From assembly GCA_017610385.1 (NCBI GenBank), contig JAFCCC010000003.1:1-64000 (forward strand): a stretch of 64,000 nucleotides of DNA, in the 5' to 3' direction. The position numbers were made by a program, and so were the translations under genes. This document shows, piece by piece, positions 1 to 6,524 of the stretch (position 1 is the first letter of the stretch; every line of letters starts with the position of its first letter). The notes under the pieces were generated by a model. It worked only from the letters and a program-made list of their open reading frames with translations, was not told where the DNA came from and ran no database searches. Origin of the DNA: Candidatus Nanohalarchaeota archaeon (lineage in GTDB: Archaea > Nanohalarchaeota > Nanosalinia > Nanosalinales > JAFCCC01).

Positions 1-5
1 AAAAT

Positions 6-145
6 GAGCTTTTCAGATAAAAGCTCACGGAAACTTGTTAAGTTTCCTAAATCGGAAATTAATGCATTTCCAATTCAAGCAAAATAAGCCTTTTAGTAAA
101 GGCTTAAGCGAAAAGAAAAAGCTGTTCAATAAGGTTTTAAGCAAA
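6..145. repeat. Cluster of short palindromic intergenic hairpins (dispersed repeat family A)
   Basis: GAGCTTTT-cagat-AAAAGCTC, GGAAACTT-gtt-AAGTTTCC and AAGCCTTT-tagt-AAAGGCTT followed by AAGCGAAAA; similar units occur at about 26192, 27016 and 41885. Confidence 0.6.
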
Positions 146-196
146 ATACACCGAACTAAGAACCGTAACTTACAATAAACTTGCGTTAGAATGAAT

Positions 197-1435
197 TCAT
201 GGATAGAGAACCTTTAGAACATCTAGATTTTCCCATTCAACTTTTTGATTTAAAACTTCAGAAACATTTGGTTTTGTTCTTCCTTCGTCTCCTGTAATAA
301 ATTCTTTAACGTAAAATCCTGCTTCAGTTTTTAATGTTAACCTTAGTTTGTTATTTGAGAGCTTCTTCCAAGAAATACTTTTCAGTTTTCTTTTTCGTAT
401 TAAGTTCGCTCTTCGTTTTTCCACCCTTATCGGCGTTCTTTGTTTGATTACACCAACTAATTTATCTAGTTTTTTTAATTCGTTTCTAGAAATCTTTTTC
501 TCCAATTTTAAAATTATTCTATAAACTTTATCTGGTTTAGCCTCTTTTAATTTTCGGATTTCGTTTTTATTAGAAAATCTCAAATTAAAAATTTTAACTC
601 GCCCTTTGTTTTTTTTATTAATTTCTTTTTGCAATTTTTTCAAATTAATTTTTCTAATTTCCGGTTCTAAAATTTCCATCACAAAAGGTCTTTTTCCGAA
701 ACACCGCGCATCAACATCTTCTCTTCCGCAACCATGGAATTTCGTGTCTGTTCCTTTAGTAAATTTGAGGAACTTTTTTGCTAAAAGCTCTTGAACGCTT
801 TCTTTATAGAGTCTTCCTTCCCAGTTACATTTAGAACAGCCCCTTCCTTTACAAATTGGACAATATGTTCTAGTTTGAGCAATTCCGCGTTCTAATTTAT
901 TATATTTTCCAAAAATAAAAATCGAATTTATATATAAATTCAAATGCTCTTTTTCCAAATTAATTACTGCATTAATGTGTGGTCGCTTAAAATCAACTCT
1001 TTTTTTAATTAATGTGCTAACTTTTTTCCCAATTAATCTATTTATTTCTGATTTCATCGGTTCTGTTTCTTCAAAACCATATGTTTCCCAAAGCTCCTCC
1101 TCTTTTCTTTTTAATTCTAATGGAATTTTACAACCAATCAAAAATGTTTCAAAATCATATTTTTTTAATCCTATTGAAATAAACTCTGCGAAATACTCTA
1201 TTTTTTCAAAATAATCTCTGCATAGAAAACAATTCTTTTTTACTTCTAAATTTGGAATATTTTCTCTTTTGAATAATTTTTCTTTAATTTTCTTTTTTCC
1301 TTTCAAAGCAGTTCTAATAATTAAACCTCTTTCAAAATTTTCTAAACCGTGGCCTAATTGTGCAAATTGTCGTCCGAGACAATGGTCACAAAGCCCCAAT
1401 TTTAAAAGTGCCTTGGCTTTTTTTGTTAATTCCAT
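197..1435 (-). CDS. pus10: tRNA pseudouridine(54/55) synthase Pus10
   Basis: N-terminal LCDHCLGRQF zinc motif, THUMP-like region, FHGCGREDVDAR catalytic motif, GFYVKEFITGDEGRT. Confidence 0.95.
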   Translation of the reverse strand: MELTKKAKALLKLGLCDHCLGRQFAQLGHGLENFERGLIIRTALKGKKKIKEKLFKRENIPNLEVKKNCFLCRDYFEKIEYFAEFISIGLKKYDFETFLIGCKIPLELKRKEEELWETYGFEETEPMKSEINRLIGKKVSTLIKKRVDFKRPHINAVINLEKEHLNLYINSIFIFGKYNKLERGIAQTRTYCPICKGRGCSKCNWEGRLYKESVQELLAKKFLKFTKGTDTKFHGCGREDVDARCFGKRPFVMEILEPEIRKINLKKLQKEINKKNKGRVKIFNLRFSNKNEIRKLKEAKPDKVYRIILKLEKKISRNELKKLDKLVGVIKQRTPIRVEKRRANLIRKRKLKSISWKKLSNNKLRLTLKTEAGFYVKEFITGDEGRTKPNVSEVLNQKVEWENLDVLKVLYP

Positions 1436-1512
1436 TTTAATCTAAATTAAGCGTATATTTCTTGGTAAATTTATTATAATAGTCAATTGTATTTTATGGT
1501 TCGTTTGTAGTT

Positions 1513-2328
1513 TTATAAATCATCTAAAGGACTTTGAATATTTTTTAATTTGCTGTTTGCAACATGAGTATAAATTTGGGTTGTTTGTAATCTTGAATGA
1601 CCCAACAAAGTTTGTATATATCTTATGTTTATTCCTTTTTCCAATAAATGGGTTGCGAAACTGTGTCTTAATGTGTGACAACTTACCTTCTTTTTAATGT
1701 TTGCTTTTTTTGCAGCATATTCAAATATTTTTTGAACAGCTTTTATAGAATATTTGTTATTTCTTCCTAAAAATAAATATTTTTGATGCTGTTCAAGCGC
1801 AATATAATTTCTAAGGTCTGGTTTTAGTTTTTCCGGAAGCATAACATACCTTTGTTTATTTCCCTTTCCTAATATTTTTACTACATTTCTTTCAAAATCT
1901 ATATTATTTACTTCTAGATTTACAAGTTCTGAAACCCTTAAACCCAAACCATAGAGACATTTTAATACTAATTTGTGTTTCGTGTTATTTGCAGAATTTA
2001 TTATCTTTTTTACTTCTTCTTTTGAAAGTACGGTTGGAAGTTTATTTTCCCGTTTTGGTCGTTTTATATTTTTACAAATATCTTTTTTTAAGACGTTCCC
2101 GAAAAAGAATTTTAGTGAACTTATGGCCAAATTTGCAGTGATATTGGTATAATGTTTTTTTATAATTAAATACCGAAGATATTTTTTAATATCTCTTTCT
2201 TGAATTTGTGGTATTTCTTTTTTGATAAATTTTAAGAAATCTTTTACAAAATAACTATAAGATTTTTTTGTTTTTTTGCTAAGGCCTCTACAATCCAATT
2301 CGAGTTCCAGTTTCTCAAGTTCGTCCAT
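1513..2328 (-). CDS. Xer-family tyrosine recombinase/integrase (XerA/XerD-like), putative cassette-array integrase
   Basis: SAM-like N-domain; catalytic residues in GLRVSE, GKGNK, HTLRHSFATHLLE, LLGH and TTQIYTHV; likely start is MDELEK at 2328; no IntI-specific insertion. Confidence 0.93.
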   Translation of the reverse strand: MDELEKLELELDCRGLSKKTKKSYSYFVKDFLKFIKKEIPQIQERDIKKYLRYLIIKKHYTNITANLAISSLKFFFGNVLKKDICKNIKRPKRENKLPTVLSKEEVKKIINSANNTKHKLVLKCLYGLGLRVSELVNLEVNNIDFERNVVKILGKGNKQRYVMLPEKLKPDLRNYIALEQHQKYLFLGRNNKYSIKAVQKIFEYAAKKANIKKKVSCHTLRHSFATHLLEKGINIRYIQTLLGHSRLQTTQIYTHVANSKLKNIQSPLDDL

Positions 2329-2358
2329 ACATACATTTTTAATTGATTTATATATAAA

Positions 2359-2386
2359 AATGTGCATATAAGTTGTTATGTCTAAT
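2359..2386 (+). repeat. Recombinase-proximal dif-like site (attI-equivalent), 6-bp spacer
   Basis: AATGTGCATAT-AAGTTG-TTATGTCTAAT; resembles E. coli dif GGTGCGCATAA-TGTATA-TTATGTTAAAT. Confidence 0.75.
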
Positions 2387-2399
2387 TTTCTCGGGTGCC

Positions 2400-3044
2400 T
2401 TATAGCTTTTCCATAAAGAAATAGTTCCCAATATGTTCTTTTTTGCCTGCAGTCATGGTAATCAATTTGGCTTCAATTATACGAAAATGCGACTCAAATA
2501 ATTGTTTCATTTCTTCAAATGAAGAATAATATAATTTTGTTCCAGCAGGCATTTTTGCACCTTCAGGAATTATTCTTAAATCTTTACCTTTCGCTCCGAA
2601 ATCAGGATTTTGATTATTGAAACAAATTGATAGATATTTTCCTTTTTCATTCAAAATCCTTTTAATATTCTCTAAATATTTGTTTCTTTGCTCAGGTGGT
2701 ATGTGGTGCAAAATTGCCCATTCCAATACAAAATCAAATTTATTATTTATTTCATCTAAATCAGCAACATCAAGAGACATAAATTTGATTTTTACATTAT
2801 GTTTCGCCGCATTTCCTTTTGCTAGTTTTATTGCATTTTCTGAGATGTCTATCCCTGTTACATCAAAACCTTTTGAAGCCAAATAAATAGCATAGAATCC
2901 TTCGCCACATCCAACATCGAGAACTTTACATGGTTTAATTTTTTCACTCTCAATTAGTTTTACTAATTCTTTTGGTGGCTCGGATTCTGTCCAGACTGCT
3001 CCTTCTTCATATATTTCTTCAAACATTTCTTTATCATTACTCAT
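2400..3044 (-). CDS. Class I SAM-dependent methyltransferase (cassette 1)
   Basis: VLDVGCGEG motif I, GIDIS, FDFVLE; TehB/TPMT-like. Confidence 0.9.
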   Translation of the reverse strand: MSNDKEMFEEIYEEGAVWTESEPPKELVKLIESEKIKPCKVLDVGCGEGFYAIYLASKGFDVTGIDISENAIKLAKGNAAKHNVKIKFMSLDVADLDEINNKFDFVLEWAILHHIPPEQRNKYLENIKRILNEKGKYLSICFNNQNPDFGAKGKDLRIIPEGAKMPAGTKLYYSSFEEMKQLFESHFRIIEAKLITMTAGKKEHIGNYFFMEKL

Positions 3045-3152
3045 AATTTAGTTAATTGTTCCATATTATATAAAATTAGTGATTGACGGCACCCGAGAAA
3101 ACTCTGCGGTTTTTTGCTACGCAAAAAATCCCCAAATTCTGACTTCGTCAGA

Positions 3153-3182
3153 ACTTCAGATAATCGCGATGTTAGTTGTAAT
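3153..3182 (+). repeat. Cassette core site 1
   Basis: ACTTCAGATAA-TCGCGATG-TTAGTTGTAAT. Confidence 0.8.
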
Positions 3183-3192
3183 TTTTGGGCAA

Positions 3193-3555
3193 TCAAATAT
3201 AGACTTCGATTTTTTGTTTAGAATATTCTTTCTTCAAAAAATCTAGTTTATCTTTATCTAGAACTTTTTTCCTTTTCATATCAAATAGCAATATGTTTAT
3301 AAAATCGTCAAGAAACGGTTCGGCAAATGCTATCTGAAATTGTTCACTATTTTCCAAAATTAATTCTTTTATAATATCAATAAAATTTTTTGGTTGTTCA
3401 ACCAGATGAACAATTTCAGGCAAAGCTCCTAATATTTGCTTTTCAAGCTCATCCATTAACTTTTTATCCGCATTTGCCATATCAATACGTTCTTGCAGTG
3501 TTGATCGCTCTACATATAGACCTACAACCTTCTTGACGATTTCTTTTGAACCCAT
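3193..3555 (-). CDS. Hypothetical protein (cassette 2)
   Basis: 120-aa ORF exactly filling the space between a 13-bp inverted repeat pair; upstream TATA-like box. Confidence 0.75.
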   Translation of the reverse strand: MGSKEIVKKVVGLYVERSTLQERIDMANADKKLMDELEKQILGALPEIVHLVEQPKNFIDIIKELILENSEQFQIAFAEPFLDDFINILLFDMKRKKVLDKDKLDFLKKEYSKQKIEVYI

Positions 3556-3772
3556 ATTATAATGTTAATTTTAAAGTTCTTATATATCTGTCGATTGCCC
3601 AAAAACTCTTCGGGATTTTTTGCTTCGCAAAAATCGTTGCACTATCCCTCGGTCTTTTCTATGAAAAGACGCAACTAACAGGAATTTAACGGTTCCGAAA
3701 CCTTGCAGGTTTCTACACCCAAATTTGATTTTCCAGCTCTGTTCCGCCTTCGGCTCCACGAGGGAAAATCAA

Positions 3773-3802
3773 ACTTCGCTTAATCCTGATGTTATACGAC
3801 AT
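3773..3802 (+). repeat. Cassette core site 2
   Basis: ACTTCGCTTAA-TCCTGATG-TTATACGACAT. Confidence 0.8.
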
Positions 3803-3850
3803 TCGCTCGCAGGCACAAAATTATTAAATGATTTAAGTTAACTAATTTTT

Positions 3851-4369
3851 ATGGATGATAAAACTAGAAAAAAGATTGAAGAATATGCAAAATCAATGAG
3901 ATGGACACCTAAAGATTTTTATTGGAAACATGCATTTATGGTTAGAGAATTCGCTCTAATGATTCAAAAAAGAGTCGGCGGAGATAAAGATATTGTTGAA
4001 GTTTCAGCACTTTTACATGATATTGGAAAATCAAAATTGCTCGGTCCTAAACACGAGGAAATTAGCGCAAAATTAGCAAAGGAATTTCTTGAACAAGTAG
4101 GATTTGATATAAATAAAATCAAGAAAATTGTCGAGTGTATAGAGTATAAAAATTTTAAGTCTATTGAAGCAAGAATTTTGCGCTCCGCCGACTCTATGAG
4201 TCTACTCAGGGACAAGGAAGGTCAAAATTGGTATTTTAAGACTATCTTAAAGAATAATAATGAGCGAATTCTCAAAGAGCTAAAAAAATCTTATTCTGAA
4301 ATTGAGTTTGATTTTGCAAAGAAGTTTGTTGAAGAAAATTACAAAAAATTAGTTAAAAAATATGAATAG
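3851..4369 (+). CDS. HD-domain phosphohydrolase (cassette 3)
   Basis: H...ALLHDIGK...H...D (RSADS) HD-family motifs. Confidence 0.88.
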   Translation: MDDKTRKKIEEYAKSMRWTPKDFYWKHAFMVREFALMIQKRVGGDKDIVEVSALLHDIGKSKLLGPKHEEISAKLAKEFLEQVGFDINKIKKIVECIEYKNFKSIEARILRSADSMSLLRDKEGQNWYFKTILKNNNERILKELKKSYSEIEFDFAKKFVEENYKKLVKKYE

Positions 4370-4415
4370 AGTGCCTGCTCGCGGACGCTGCGCTTAAAAT
4401 TCTTTCTGAATTTTA

Positions 4416-4445
4416 CACTCGTATATCCCTAACGTTAGACGTAAT
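4416..4445 (+). repeat. Cassette core site 3
   Basis: CACTCGTATAT-CCCTAACG-TTAGACGTAAT. Confidence 0.7.
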
Positions 4446-4502
4446 CGTAAGAGATGCCTACAAGAAAGAAAGATTTATTAATGCCCCAATTTTACTAAAT
4501 TT

Positions 4503-4985
4503 ATGGAGAAAAAAACACTTTTAGATTTTATAGCAAGGGCACACAGACATACTTATGCCGCACCAAAAGAAGTCAGAAAACAACATAGGTGTGAGGTGCC
4601 CATTCAAGAAGGTCATAAAGATTATGAATTTGTAGAAGGAGATTTAAGATATCACGATTCCTATGCAGGAAGCCAGTGGGCACCTGGAAGAGAAGTTGTT
4701 TTCTTTCAAGGAAATCCTATTTGGTGTATGGCATATCAAGGACAGCATAATTCAAAATATAATGACGCTTTTTTCCACGAACAAGCATTTCCATTTTTGA
4801 AAAAAGCTTTAATGAATTTTGATGACAGCATGCCTTTTAGAGGTCCTAAAGAATTCTCAGATGGTGCTTTCAAATATACTTTTGAAATGGAAGGAAATTA
4901 TGATTATTTCAAAGGGCAAGAGAGAATTCTTTACAAAGGAGAAAGTGTTTTTTTCCAAGATGTTATGGGTTCATTAATAACATAG
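4503..4985 (+). CDS. DUF5680-like protein (cassette 4)
   Basis: YHDSYAG...GREVVF....PIWCMAY.G and PFRGP..F..G.F.Y pattern recalled for DUF5680. Confidence 0.7.
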   Translation: MEKKTLLDFIARAHRHTYAAPKEVRKQHRCEVPIQEGHKDYEFVEGDLRYHDSYAGSQWAPGREVVFFQGNPIWCMAYQGQHNSKYNDAFFHEQAFPFLKKALMNFDDSMPFRGPKEFSDGAFKYTFEMEGNYDYFKGQERILYKGESVFFQDVMGSLIT

Positions 4986-5135
4986 AACGACATCTCTTAC
5001 GACTTCTTCGGAGTTTTTTCAAAACTCCTCGACCACGCCTTGCAGGCTCTCCTTCGGATCGGGGGCAATTAACAGCAATTAAGAGGAAAATCCCTTGCAG
5101 GAATTTTCCCAAATTTGCTCCACTCCGTTACGCAA

Positions 5136-5165
5136 ACTTCTTATAATCATGATGTTATACGATAT
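5136..5165 (+). repeat. Cassette core site 4
   Basis: ACTTCTTATAA-TCATGATG-TTATACGATAT. Confidence 0.8.
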
Positions 5166-5216
5166 TTGTAATTGTGCATAGCAAATTTTATAAAATTAAT
5201 AAATAACTATATTTTT

Positions 5217-5477
5217 GTGAGACATGAAAAAAAAGTTTGGCCAGAATATTTTCAAAAAATCCTTGATGATAAAAAAACTTATGAGCTTCGTCTTGCTGAT
5301 TGGGAATGCAACGAAGGAGATATTTTAGTTTTGCGGGAATGGAATCCGGAAACTAAAGAATACACTGGAAGAGAAATTGAAAAGAAAGTTACTTATGTTG
5401 GCAAAACTAAAAATTTTACATTCTGGCCAAAAGAAGATGTTGAAAAATATGGTTATCAAATCATAGCTTTCAAGTAG
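5217..5477 (+). CDS. ASCH/PUA-fold (DUF3850-like) protein (cassette 5)
   Basis: HEKKVWPEYFQKILDDKKTYELR...GDILVLREW...YTGR; probable GTG start at 5217. Confidence 0.85.
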   Translation: MRHEKKVWPEYFQKILDDKKTYELRLADWECNEGDILVLREWNPETKEYTGREIEKKVTYVGKTKNFTFWPKEDVEKYGYQIIAFK

Positions 5478-5520
5478 AACGGCACATTACAAACGCTAAA
5501 GAGGACGCTACGCTCCAGAA

Positions 5521-5550
5521 ACTTCTCATAAGCCTGGTGTTATACGCAAT
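5521..5550 (+). repeat. Cassette core site 5
   Basis: ACTTCTCATAA-GCCTGGTG-TTATACGCAAT. Confidence 0.8.
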
Positions 5551-5566
5551 TTTTCGATGGGCGGAT

Positions 5567-5896
5567 CTAGTGTGGGAACAAAATCTCTGCAAGAATCCCT
5601 AGTAAAACAAAAAAACCTAAGATTGTAGATATAAATATCAAAACAGAATAATCTTTCTTTTTTGTAATGCCAATAATACCGCAAAAAAAAGCAGCAATAC
5701 CAGAAAAGAACCCGACTAACATCGGCAAGGCTATTCCAGGTCTAACTAGAATATCCTGTGGTATTGTTCTCCCAGCTGGAATAGATTCATAAAGATCTAC
5801 AAAGGATATGCCGATATAAATAAATATTGGCGTAAAAACAAGTAATGCAAATGATAATTTACCTAAATTACTCTTTGGTATAAACTTTATTTTCAT
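5567..5896 (-). CDS. Small 3-TM membrane protein (cassette 6)
   Basis: Three hydrophobic segments; enclosed by a 14-bp inverted repeat pair. Confidence 0.8.
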   Translation of the reverse strand: MKIKFIPKSNLGKLSFALLVFTPIFIYIGISFVDLYESIPAGRTIPQDILVRPGIALPMLVGFFSGIAAFFCGIIGITKKKDYSVLIFISTILGFFVLLGILAEILFPH

Positions 5897-6063
5897 ATTC
5901 TAATAAGAAATATTAATGAGACATATTATTAAGTAAATAACTGTTTGTTTTGATACTATCCCTCGTCCATCGAAAAACTTCTTCCGCTTCGCTCCAGAAA
6001 CTTCTCTTCCAGATTTATTCATTTACCCTTTTAGATTTAATCAAACAAAGTAATAGTATACTT

Positions 6064-6495
6064 ATGTTGGCTAGAATTAAAAATTTCCTGAGTTTCCTGA
6101 ATGGCCTTTTGAATTTTATTCTTTATGGGCGTTATGACTGTGTAGCCGCGATTATACTTACAAAAGATAATTGTATTTGGCTTGTTAAGTTTGCAAAGGA
6201 ATATGGATTGCCTGGAGGAATCGTAAAACATGATGAATCTTTAGAAGAAGCCATTAAACGAGAAGTAAAAGAAGAAACTGGAATTATTGCAAACTCTGTA
6301 AAGTTATTTTATTCTGAAGAACGTTCTGGCATTTCTAAAACGTTCAATGTATATGAAATTACAAATTATGAATTAACCTTAAAATCTTCTCTAGAAGGTA
6401 AACCCGTGAAAGTAAATTTAGTTCATCTCCCTAAACGGATGAGAGGAAGTCATGAAAAAATAATTAAACTATGGTTAAATCAGGAAAAATCTTAA
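6064..6495 (+). CDS. NUDIX hydrolase
   Basis: GLPGGIVKHDESLEEAIKREVKEETG Nudix box; likely start at ATG 6064. Confidence 0.85.
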   Translation: MLARIKNFLSFLNGLLNFILYGRYDCVAAIILTKDNCIWLVKFAKEYGLPGGIVKHDESLEEAIKREVKEETGIIANSVKLFYSEERSGISKTFNVYEITNYELTLKSSLEGKPVKVNLVHLPKRMRGSHEKIIKLWLNQEKS

Positions 6496-6524
6496 AATAC
6501 TTGTTCTTAAAATAAATACTACAC

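Larger units (their letters stand above)
1513..6010. mobile_element. Integron-like recombinase plus six-gene cassette array with dif-like sites
   Basis: Recombinase transcribed away from the array; six directly repeated core sites (2359, 3153, 3773, 4416, 5136, 5521) plus a truncated seventh (about 6000), with one gene between each pair. Confidence 0.85.

Noticed and set aside
3153-5550. CRISPR array
   Set aside because: The repeats are degenerate and separated by whole genes of 0.4-0.8 kb; no cas genes in the window.
2359-6010. Canonical class-1-like integron with attC sites
   Set aside because: The recombinase lacks the IntI insertion; cassettes 1, 3, 5 and 6 have no RYYYAAC R'' box complementary to their GTT end; genes are in mixed orientation. 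Kept as integron-like only.
1513-6010. Provirus or IS/transposon
   Set aside because: No viral structural, replication or transposase genes; no shared terminal repeats; the inverted repeats are specific to each cassette.
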